Origin: a virus | Lineage: Duplodnaviria > Heunggongvirae > Uroviricota > Caudoviricetes | Length of the DNA stretch: 6,950 nucleotides | Direction: 5' to 3' (one strand) | IMG/VR virus record: IMGVR_UViG_2728369593_000029 | Part shown: positions 1 to 6,317 of the stretch, piece after piece | Layout: the number at the start of each line of letters is the position of its first letter | Position numbering within the stretch: position 1 is the first letter of the stretch | Program-made: the position numbers and the translations under genes | The notes under the pieces: model-generated | Seen by the model: the letters and a program-made list of their open reading frames with translations, nothing else | Databases searched by the model: none | Told to the model about the DNA's origin: nothing

Positions 1-204
1 ATGAACCGTTATTTCACATGCTCGTTTTGTGGCGCAAACGAGCTGCAGGCAAAAAAAATCATCGCCAAAGGCGGAAAAGATGAAGTTGCTATCTGCTCTG
101 AGTGCGTAGTCTTGTGTGTCGGGGCATTAATCAATATCAGCACAACTATTCAGTTCACACCAAATGAGAATGCGCCTTTAGATGCGCGGAAATCTGGAGG
201 TTAA
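1..204 (+). CDS. Small ClpX-type C4 zinc-finger domain protein (67 aa)
   Basis: Two CxxC pairs in the pattern of the ClpX N-terminal zinc-binding domain: FTCSFCG ... AICSECVVLC. ATG is at window position 1 and TAA at 202..204; the upstream context is not visible, so the start is uncertain. Confidence 0.55.
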   Translation: MNRYFTCSFCGANELQAKKIIAKGGKDEVAICSECVVLCVGALINISTTIQFTPNENAPLDARKSGG

Positions 205-293
205 AGAACAAAATGAAAGTCCAGATTTTAAACAATAACTGTGAAGTCGTTTGGGCGTAAAACATGACCGCGCGTAGACCAAGGGAGGAAAAA

Positions 294-470
294 GTGGGAA
301 TAGTTAGAAATCAAGCAGATATATTGAAAATCAGCTCTGAATTGCTTGGAGTTTTGAAAAGTGAGCTCACCGCACATGGCATCGAGCCCACTGACGAAAA
401 TTTAAGTTGGGTTTTGTCGATTATTCAACAATCACTCAAGCCCAGCCTCAGCAAACTTTTTATCGAGTAG
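294..470 (+). CDS. Hypothetical small protein (58 aa from GTG; alternative ATG start at 264)
   Basis: Strong Shine-Dalgarno AAGGGAGG at 281..288, 5 nt upstream of GTG 294. No recognisable domain. The 3' end overlaps the convergent ORF 432..623 by 39 nt. Confidence 0.35.
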   Translation: MGIVRNQADILKISSELLGVLKSELTAHGIEPTDENLSWVLSIIQQSLKPSLSKLFIE

Positions 471-623
471 TGCTTCGAACTTATCGTAAAGCTTGCTTAT
501 GTCGTCTATCGGGTTTTCTGACGTACTGTAATTTTTATCTGATGTCATGGCAGCAGTCTGATATGCAGTGTGAGTCTTAACCGATAGTTGGAATAAATAA
601 AGAATTTTTTCTTCTTTGGTCAT
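432..623 (-). CDS. Hypothetical small protein (63 aa)
   Basis: Minus-strand ATG at 623..621 preceded by an AAGGAAA RBS. Translation MTKEEKILYLFQLSVKTHTAYQ... is protein-like. It sits in AT-rich DNA with no competing + strand ORF between 471 and 623. The longer 77-aa version (start at 665) lacks an RBS. Confidence 0.35.
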   Translation of the reverse strand: MTKEEKILYLFQLSVKTHTAYQTAAMTSDKNYSTSENPIDDISKLYDKFEALLDKKFAEAGLE

Positions 624-881
624 GACTATTTCCTTCTTGGCTATATGAAAACACCAAGATACCACCGAGCCTGAAGTGGTGAAAAGACAGGCACATAACA
701 GCTAAGTATTTTCAACCAGAGAGAATCCTTAGCGTTGTGGTGAATGCGCAGGCTGATGCGCGAAAGACATTGCAGCTATTGCGGAAAAGAGCTGTTCGGC
801 GGGGCAATTAAACGCCCGTGAGAGTCTGAAATAACCGCAAGCCGGAGATCAGCACCGGTCACCACAACAGCCACTGCTTTG

Positions 882-927
882 GCGGTACCAGTTTGTACAC
901 TTGCTTCCGGCTGGTACCGCTCTTTTT
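882..927 (+). terminator. Perfect 10-bp inverted repeat (GCGGTACCAG / CTGGTACCGC) with 19-nt loop followed by a T-run; possible terminator or protein-binding palindrome
   Basis: Read directly: gcggtaccag at 882..891 and ctggtaccgc at 911..920, then tcttttta. The loop is long for a classical intrinsic terminator, hence low confidence. Confidence 0.3.
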
Positions 928-1064
928 ACAAAACAGAGAAGAGCATCACCGGACGACGGGCTCATAACCCAATCCATCCGGGCGGCTGCCACCGCAGGTG
1001 TTCTTCTCTGTTTTGTGGAGAAACCAACCGACCTTGCAGGGTCGATATGATGAGGAGCAGCAAA

Positions 1065-1427
1065 ATGGCTAGCGAACGCAGTACTGATGTGCAGGCATTT
1101 ATCGGGGAGCTGGACGGCGGCGTATTTGAAACCAAAATCGGCGCAGTTCTCAGTGAAGTCGCTTCCGGTGTGATGAACACGAAAACCAAAGGTAAGGTCT
1201 CGCTCAACCTGGAAATCGAACCGTTTGATGAGAACCGAGTGAAAATCAAACACAAACTCTCATATGTTCGCCCGACTAACCGCGGGAAAATTTCCGAAGA
1301 AGACACCACCGAAACGCCGATGTATGTCAATCGCGGTGGTCGCCTGACTATTCTGCAGGAAGACCAGGGACAATTACTGACTCTTGCCGGTGAACCTGAC
1401 GGAAAACTCCGCGCAGCAGGTCGTTAA
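1065..1427 (+). CDS. yfdP: YfdP-like prophage protein (120 aa), function unknown
   Basis: ATG at 1065 with GAGGAG RBS at 1052..1057. The 120-aa length and position immediately upstream of the YfdQ-like gene match my recollection of K-12 yfdP. The ORF-track N-terminal extension (TTG at 879) runs through the hairpin and has no RBS. Confidence 0.65.
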   Translation: MASERSTDVQAFIGELDGGVFETKIGAVLSEVASGVMNTKTKGKVSLNLEIEPFDENRVKIKHKLSYVRPTNRGKISEEDTTETPMYVNRGGRLTILQEDQGQLLTLAGEPDGKLRAAGR

Positions 1428-1493
1428 TATCGTTGTTAATAAACTAATTATTCATCTTATCACTGAATATCTTTAATATAGTGAGGACTTATT

Positions 1494-2318
1494 ATGTCTC
1501 AAAACTTAGACGCAACCGCAATTAATCAAATCCATGCCCTTATTTCTGCTCAGGGTGTTAATGAAATTATCAGTAAGATTGGTGCCGACGCAGTGGCATT
1601 ACCTGAAAATTTCCGCATTCATGATCTGGAAAAATTTAATTTAAATCGCTTCCGTTTCCGTGGTGCGCTTTCCACTGCCAGCATCGATGACTTTACCCGT
1701 TATTCTAAAGATCTTGCAGATGAAGGCACCCGCTGCTTTATCGATGCTGATAATATGCGTGCCGTCAGTGTGCTTAACCTGGGTACTATTGATGAACCAG
1801 GTCACGCAGATAACACCGCCACTCTCAAACTGAAAAAGACAGCACCGTTCTCTGCCCTGTTGTCTGTTAACGGCGAGCGTAACTCCCAGAAGTCACTGGC
1901 AGAATGGATTGAAGACTGGGCCGACTACCTTGTGGGCTTTGATGCTAATGGTGACGCCATTCAGGCAACAAAAGCGGCTGCGGCAGTCCGTAAAATCACG
2001 ATTGAAGCAAACCAGACCGCTGATTTTGAAGATAATGACTTCAGCGGCAAACGCTCCCTGATGGAATCTGTCGAAGCGAAGACCAAAGACATTATGCCAG
2101 TGGCATTTGAATTTAAATGCGTTCCGTTTGAAGGCCTGAAAGAACGTCCGTTTAAATTACGCCTCAGCATTATCACTGGCGATCGTCCGGTACTGGTTCT
2201 GCGCATTATTCAGCTGGAAGCGGTGCAGGAAGAAATGGCTAACGAATTTCGTGATCTGCTTGTTGAGAAATTTAAAGACAGCAAAGTAGAAACCTTTATT
2301 GGTACTTTCACCGCCTGA
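1494..2318 (+). CDS. yfdQ: YfdQ-like protein (274 aa; DUF2303 family as I recall)
   Basis: Clean 274-aa ORF with GTGAGGA RBS upstream of ATG 1494 and an AT-rich leader. Length and neighbours (YfdP-like upstream, HD-domain YfdR-like downstream) match the K-12 CPS-53 arrangement from memory. Confidence 0.8.
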   Translation: MSQNLDATAINQIHALISAQGVNEIISKIGADAVALPENFRIHDLEKFNLNRFRFRGALSTASIDDFTRYSKDLADEGTRCFIDADNMRAVSVLNLGTIDEPGHADNTATLKLKKTAPFSALLSVNGERNSQKSLAEWIEDWADYLVGFDANGDAIQATKAAAAVRKITIEANQTADFEDNDFSGKRSLMESVEAKTKDIMPVAFEFKCVPFEGLKERPFKLRLSIITGDRPVLVLRIIQLEAVQEEMANEFRDLLVEKFKDSKVETFIGTFTA

Positions 2319-2330
2319 TTTCATTACTGC

Positions 2331-2352
2331 AAATGCCCCTGCGGGGGCATTT
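2331..2352 (+). other. Short GC-rich hairpin between yfdQ-like and yfdR-like genes
   Basis: aaatgcccc tgcg ggggcattt gives a roughly 9-bp stem with a 4-nt loop, 13 nt after the yfdQ stop. No clear U-tract follows, so it is more likely an RNA stability or attenuation element than a strong terminator. Confidence 0.3.
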
Positions 2353-2446
2353 ATGGAAACATAATTTACTCAATAATCGCCGGATGGTGAGAGCTTCCTT
2401 TTAGCAGAATTCAACGCGGTGCAGCGCATATAAAGTGGAGAACGAA

Positions 2447-2983
2447 ATGTCATTTATTAAAACTTTTTCCGGGAAGCATTTTTATTATGACAAGATAAAT
2501 AAAGACGACATCGTGATTAACGATATCGCAGTTTCCCTTTCAAATATCTGTCGCTTTGCAGGACATCTTTCACACTTCTACAGTGTCGCCCAGCATGCGG
2601 TGCTTTGCAGCCAGCTGGTGCCGCAGGAATTTGCTTTTGAAGCGTTAATGCATGATGCAACAGAAGCATATTGCCAGGACATTCCCGCGCCACTGAAACG
2701 ACTTCTTCCTGACTATAAACGGATGGAAGAAAAAATAGACGCCGTAATCCGTGAGAAATACGGGTTACCTCCTGTTATGAGCACGCCAGTGAAATATGCC
2801 GATCTCATTATGCTGGCAACCGAACGCCGCGATCTCGGGCTTGATGATGGCTCTTTCTGGCCTGTACTGGAAGGCATCCCGGCAACAGAGATGTTCAAAG
2901 TTATTCCACTGTCACCAGGCCATGCCTACGGGATGTTTATGGAACGTTTTAACGAGTTATCGGAGTTACGCAAATGCGCATGA
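2447..2983 (+). CDS. yfdR: HD-domain metal-dependent phosphohydrolase, YfdR-like (178 aa)
   Basis: HD-superfamily motifs present: H..H in LSHFYSVAQHAVL and HD in ALMHDATEAY. ATG 2447 has a GGAG RBS 6 nt upstream (the track start at 2435 is a GTG inside the RBS). The 178-aa length matches K-12 YfdR from memory. Confidence 0.85.
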   Translation: MSFIKTFSGKHFYYDKINKDDIVINDIAVSLSNICRFAGHLSHFYSVAQHAVLCSQLVPQEFAFEALMHDATEAYCQDIPAPLKRLLPDYKRMEEKIDAVIREKYGLPPVMSTPVKYADLIMLATERRDLGLDDGSFWPVLEGIPATEMFKVIPLSPGHAYGMFMERFNELSELRKCA

Positions 2984-3336
2984 ATGTTTTCGAAATGGAA
3001 GGGTTTCTTCGCGGGAAATGTGTACCGCGAGATCTGAAAGTGAACGAAACAAATGCTGAGTACCTGGTACGTAAATTCGATGCGCTTGAAGCTAAATGTA
3101 CGGCACTGGAAAACAAAATAATACCAGTGTCAGCTGAACTGCCACCAGCAAATGAAAGTGTTCTGTTATTTGATGCTAACGGAGAAGGCTGGCTAATTGG
3201 CTGGCGTTCTCTCTGGTACACCTGGGGACAAAAAGAAACCGGAGAATGGCAGTGGACATTTCAGGTCGGGGACCTTGAAAACGTCAATATCACTCACTGG
3301 GCAGTAATGCCGAAAGCACCGGAGAATAAGAAATGA
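2974..3336 (+). CDS. yfdS: YfdS-like DUF551 protein (120 aa)
   Basis: Start overlaps the yfdR-like stop by 10 nt. The C-terminal W-rich segment (GWLIGWRSLWYTWG ... ITHWAVMPKAPE) is typical of DUF551, and the 120-aa length matches K-12 YfdS from memory. Confidence 0.8.
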   Translation: MRMNVFEMEGFLRGKCVPRDLKVNETNAEYLVRKFDALEAKCTALENKIIPVSAELPPANESVLLFDANGEGWLIGWRSLWYTWGQKETGEWQWTFQVGDLENVNITHWAVMPKAPENKK

Positions 3337-3500
3337 GCGTGATAAAAACTCATACAGGAATTGTTATCACCCGAGACGGTCCGCAGGTAAAAAAACTAGC
3401 ACCAGTACAAAGCGGATGTGGGTCGTCGGAAAAAACGAGTTTTACCACAAAGAAACCGGACGCCGCCACTTTGCAGAAAATACGCGCCGCCGACTGCTGA
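3333..3500 (+). CDS. Hypothetical small protein (55 aa), below the ORF-track size cutoff
   Basis: ATG 3333..3335 overlaps the yfdS-like stop (ATGA arrangement), and GGAG at 3321..3324 could serve as RBS. Translation MSVIKTHTGIVITRDGPQVKKLAPVQSGCGSSEKTSFTTKKPDAATLQKIRAADC. No recognisable domain. Confidence 0.3.
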   Translation: MSVIKTHTGIVITRDGPQVKKLAPVQSGCGSSEKTSFTTKKPDAATLQKIRAADC

Positions 3501-3530
3501 TCGACAGCATCAAGCCTATCGAGGTGAAGC

Positions 3531-3770
3531 ATGTTTAAACAGAACGAAAAATCTATCGCTCAAATTGCTGAGTATATCCCGCGTGCGTGCCGGGGTATGC
3601 AGTTGCAGGAAGCCAAAGCGCGCCTGGAGAAAAAAATTGCGCTCTATATCGATGACGGCTGTGATGCTGCCATTCTTAACACGGCGTTCGCGCCAGCTCT
3701 TAACAGTCATACGCGGGAGTCTTTTTTTTCGTGCATTGCAGCGCAGATCCGCAAAGGAGGCAACCAGTGA
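3531..3770 (+). CDS. Hypothetical protein (79 aa)
   Basis: GAGGTGA RBS at 3521..3527 before ATG 3531. The stop overlaps the GTG start of the downstream Ea22-like gene (GTGA), suggesting coupling. No recognisable domain. Confidence 0.5.
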   Translation: MFKQNEKSIAQIAEYIPRACRGMQLQEAKARLEKKIALYIDDGCDAAILNTAFAPALNSHTRESFFSCIAAQIRKGGNQ

Positions 3771-4300
3771 GCAAGATTGATTATCAGGCACTGCGTGAGA
3801 TAGCAAAACAGGCAACACAAGGCGAATGGGTCGCATTTATTTCGCCGGGCAAATACGGCACGTACGCCGTGCACACACCAGGAGATAATCATCAAGGAGA
3901 TATTGTCGACTGGCCTGGATTCGACGAACAGAAAAACGCAGAGAACAACGCTCGTTATATCGCAGCTTTCAACCCTGAAGTAGTGCAGGCGCTGTTGGAT
4001 GAACGAGAAGCCCAAAGCAAACGCATTGCAGAACTGGAAGCACGGGAAATAAAACCAGCCAAAGGTGAAGTTCTTGTCGTTGTCTCTGGTTTTACTGGTT
4101 GCGGAAAAAGCGCCATTGCCGGGGAAATAGAAATCGCGATGAAGGCTATTGGTGTACCGGTTAAGTGGACTAATGGCGATGCAGAAAAGCGCATGACAGG
4201 CGCTGACTGGCTGACAGCAATTGAGATGTACAAACCAACTGTGCGCATCGTGGAAGTTAATGTGCCATGCGCCGCTGGCATTCGCATCAAAGGAGAGTGA
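3767..4300 (+). CDS. Ead/Ea22-like prophage protein (177 aa from GTG)
   Basis: AAAGGAGG RBS at 3752..3759 precedes GTG 3767. The N-terminus SKIDYQALREIAKQATQGEWVA is the signature I associate with Ead/Ea22-like proteins of enterobacterial lambdoid prophages, followed by a coiled-coil-like segment (DEREAQSKRIAELEAREIK). The track start at 3731 (GTG) lacks an RBS. Confidence 0.65.
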   Translation: MSKIDYQALREIAKQATQGEWVAFISPGKYGTYAVHTPGDNHQGDIVDWPGFDEQKNAENNARYIAAFNPEVVQALLDEREAQSKRIAELEAREIKPAKGEVLVVVSGFTGCGKSAIAGEIEIAMKAIGVPVKWTNGDAEKRMTGADWLTAIEMYKPTVRIVEVNVPCAAGIRIKGE

Positions 4301-4301
4301 T

Positions 4302-4817
4302 ATGGCGTTAACACACCGCGAACTCTGTCAGATTGCGTACAAGTTCCTTAAGCGCAACGGGTTCAAGGTTTGTTTTCATGACCGCTTTATAGCTGTAACC
4401 AGTACCGGAGAACAGCCAGATGCTATGGGATTCAGAAATTCAGCATCATGCCTGATAGAGGCGAAATGTTCTCGTGCTGACTTGTTGGCAGATAGAAAAA
4501 AGCGTTTTCGTAAAAATCCGTCTCTTGGAATGGGCGACTGGCGATTCTTTATTAGTGAGCCGGGAATTATTTCAATTGAAGATTTACCACCTGGCTGGGG
4601 ATTACTTCACGTTGTTAACGGAAGAGTACGGAAAGTACATGGGTGGCCCAAGGGTAATTGCTGTTGGGGTAATCCTGACGATAAGCCATTTACTGGAAAT
4701 AAGCAGGTTGAATGCGATTACATGTTATCTGCATTAAGGCGCATGGAGTTGAGAGGGCACCTTAATGAAATATATGACGGTGTAATTGTTAATAAGAAAG
4801 AAGGAAACGCAGCATGA
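4302..4817 (+). CDS. PD-(D/E)XK nuclease-fold protein, MmcB-like (171 aa)
   Basis: ATG 4302 lies 1 nt after the Ea22-like stop, with AAAGGAGAG RBS. Core motif GEQPDAMGF ... CLIEAKCSRADL fits the PD-(D/E)XK pattern (D ... E-x-K). The track N-terminal extension (4221) lies inside the upstream gene. Confidence 0.65.
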   Translation: MALTHRELCQIAYKFLKRNGFKVCFHDRFIAVTSTGEQPDAMGFRNSASCLIEAKCSRADLLADRKKRFRKNPSLGMGDWRFFISEPGIISIEDLPPGWGLLHVVNGRVRKVHGWPKGNCCWGNPDDKPFTGNKQVECDYMLSALRRMELRGHLNEIYDGVIVNKKEGNAA

Positions 4818-5380
4818 TCACTATTACCAAAGAACGCCTGCTGACAATCCAGCAGTGGCGCGAAACATACGGACCTGGTAGCAACGTTGTACTGCCAGCA
4901 GAAGAAGCGGAAGAACTGGCACGAATTGCTCTGGCATCGCTGGAAGCCGAACCTATAAGCCAAACTTACAACTTGCCAGAATTAATCGAAGGGATGGAAG
5001 TTTCCATTGATGTAAGCACTTGTGATGCTGATTTAGGTAATCGCTATTTCGGCACCGTCACCGAGGCGTTAGAACTTGATACAGCCAAGAATGGTTACAT
5101 CCTCCTGGTTCAGGACGCAGAGCCAAACTTCGATGTAAATGGCAACTCTCCGGGAACTCCGGATAGTTGGATAAGCTGTAGTGATCAAATGCCTGAAAAG
5201 GGCCAGAACGTGCTTATTTCGGTGAATTTCGATAGCTCTCTGGTTGAACCGCTAATATGCTCCGCACGCTATACCGGAAGCACCTTTCGGCGCGGAGATG
5301 CAACGATTAAGCCGGGTAATGGTATTGAGCAAGCAACTCACTGGATGCCGCTACCGGAACCGCCGCAGGAGGTGAAGTGA
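4814..5380 (+). CDS. DUF551 domain protein (188 aa), paralogous in its C-terminus to the YfdS-like protein
   Basis: ATGA start/stop overlap with the upstream gene. The C-terminus PDSWISCSDQMPEKGQNVLI ... ATHWMPLPEPP parallels the YfdS-like C-terminus (ITHWAVMPKAPE). Confidence 0.75.
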   Translation: MITITKERLLTIQQWRETYGPGSNVVLPAEEAEELARIALASLEAEPISQTYNLPELIEGMEVSIDVSTCDADLGNRYFGTVTEALELDTAKNGYILLVQDAEPNFDVNGNSPGTPDSWISCSDQMPEKGQNVLISVNFDSSLVEPLICSARYTGSTFRRGDATIKPGNGIEQATHWMPLPEPPQEVK

Positions 5381-5952
5381 TGAACAACTTAATGATCGAC
5401 CTTGAGACGATGGGGAAAAATAAGGATGCATCGATCGTTTCCATTGGCGCGGTGTTCTTCACTCCAGAAACCGGAGACATCGGACAAGAATTCTATACGG
5501 TTGTTAGCCTGGAAAGTGCTATGGGGCAAGGAGCTACACCTGACGGCGATACCATCCTGTGGTGGTTGAAACAAAGCCCTGAAGCACGAGCTGCAATCTG
5601 TATTGATGATACTTTGTCGATCAGCGATGCTCTCTCAGAACTAAATCATTTCATTAACCGGCACGCAGCCAATACGAAATATTTAAAAATCTGGGGTAAC
5701 GGGGCCACCTTCGACAACGTAATTTTACGTGGAGCTTATGAGCGAGCAGGACAAATCTGCCCGTGGGCATACTGGAATGACCACGATGTACGCACGATCG
5801 TTACGCTTGGGCGTTCCATCGGATTCGACCCCAAAATGGACATGCCTTTCGATGGCGAACGGCACAACGCCCTGGCTGATGCTCGTCATCAGGCAAAATA
5901 TGTTTCCGCTATCTGGCAGAAATTAATTCCTGCCACCAGCACAGAATTATGA
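5380..5952 (+). CDS. DnaQ-like DEDDh 3'-5' exonuclease (190 aa)
   Basis: Exo motifs present: D-x-E in MIDLETMG, a second acidic motif in GNGATFDNVIL, and H-x4-D in ERHNALADARH. ATG 5380 overlaps the upstream stop (TGATG) with GGAGG 7 nt upstream. K-12 ypdJ is, as I recall, a fragment of this kind of gene. Confidence 0.8.
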   Translation: MNNLMIDLETMGKNKDASIVSIGAVFFTPETGDIGQEFYTVVSLESAMGQGATPDGDTILWWLKQSPEARAAICIDDTLSISDALSELNHFINRHAANTKYLKIWGNGATFDNVILRGAYERAGQICPWAYWNDHDVRTIVTLGRSIGFDPKMDMPFDGERHNALADARHQAKYVSAIWQKLIPATSTEL

Positions 5953-5988
5953 TTTTCCCGGGTGCAGCCGGTTTTGATGGAGAAAATT

Positions 5989-6270
5989 ATGAACACCTTG
6001 TTTTTACTGATGGCTGAATTCAATACCCCTAACATTGAACTCTCAGCAGTTAGCCAAAAGTACTTTGGCATGAGTCCAGCCACGGCAGAAGCAAAAGCAA
6101 ACGCTTGTAAGTTGCCCGTTCCAACATATCGCATCGGCACATCACAAAAAGCAAAACGTTGCATCAATATTCAGGATCTTGCGGAATACATAGACAAAAG
6201 ACGAGAAGAAGGACGTATCGAGTGGGAACAGGTCAGAACAGGCAAACAGAAGGGCAAAGAACATCACTAA
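5989..6270 (+). CDS. Excisionase-like / PrtN-family small DNA-binding protein (93 aa)
   Basis: GGAG 6 nt upstream of ATG 5989. The N-terminus MNTLFLLMAEFNTPNIELSAVSQKYFGMSPATAEAKANACKLPVPTYRIG resembles the PrtN / P22-Xis-like family as I remember it. Last gene of the + strand array; alternative ATG starts at 5962 and 5977. Confidence 0.6.
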   Translation: MNTLFLLMAEFNTPNIELSAVSQKYFGMSPATAEAKANACKLPVPTYRIGTSQKAKRCINIQDLAEYIDKRREEGRIEWEQVRTGKQKGKEHH

Positions 6271-6272
6271 AG

Positions 6273-6300
6273 AAAAAACCCGCCTAAAGGCGGGTTTTCA
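6273..6300. terminator. Bidirectional rho-independent terminator
   Basis: aaaaaa CCCGCC taaa GGCGGG tttt: a 6-bp GC stem (extendable by A:T pairs) with a 4-nt loop, flanked by an A-tract upstream and a T-tract downstream. It lies between the converging + strand array (stop 6270) and the minus-strand ORF (stop 6318..6320). Confidence 0.8.
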
Positions 6301-6317
6301 AAAAGCACCAGCTATGA

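Larger units (their letters stand above)
1..6300 (+). mobile_element. Prophage early-region segment (lambdoid, CPS-53/KplE1-like); boundaries not defined within the window
   Basis: Consecutive genes matching the yfdP-yfdQ-yfdR-yfdS order plus Ea22-like, DUF551, exonuclease and excisionase-like genes, all on one strand with overlapping stop/start codons. No att site or integrase is seen, so the extent is unknown. Confidence 0.7.

Noticed and set aside
744-821. 25-aa mini-ORF with a CSYCGKEL motif echoing the CSFCG of the upstream zinc-finger ORF
   Set aside because: Too short, with only one CxxC pair, and the candidate RBS abuts the ATG. The nucleotide sequences of the two motifs are not similar, so it is probably chance.
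879-1064. Long N-terminal extension of the YfdP-like ORF (track ORF 879..1427, TTG start)
   Set aside because: The extension runs through the inverted-repeat hairpin, has no RBS and gives a Cys/Arg-rich low-complexity translation. The internal ATG at 1065 has a GAGGAG RBS and yields the 120-aa length expected for YfdP.
849-1330. Minus-strand ORFs 849..1253 and 962..1330
   Set aside because: They are entirely antisense to the YfdP-like gene and its leader, with no RBS and atypical composition; most likely frame shadows.
1961-3221. ORFs 1961..2206 (-), 2713..2898 (-), 2796..3059 (+) and 2949..3221 (-)
   Set aside because: Nested inside or antisense to the yfdQ-, yfdR- and yfdS-like genes, with no RBS and implausible translations.
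3418-3780. 120-aa + strand ORF, highly Arg/Lys-rich
   Set aside because: It overlaps the better-supported 55-aa and 79-aa ORFs and the Ea22-like start in another frame, has no RBS and is low complexity; likely spurious.
3516-4314. Minus-strand ORFs 3516..3836, 3707..4015 and 3955..4314
   Set aside because: All are antisense to well-supported + strand genes (the 79-aa ORF and the Ea22-like gene) and lack RBS; treated as frame shadows.
4474-4963. ORFs 4474..4737 (+) and 4718..4963 (-)
   Set aside because: Nested in alternative frames within or antisense to the PD-(D/E)XK and DUF551 genes; no independent support.
5389-6167. ORFs 5389..5574 (-), 5729..5926 (+) and 5889..6167 (-)
   Set aside because: They overlap the exonuclease and excisionase-like genes in other frames or antisense; the annotated genes carry recognisable motifs, these do not.
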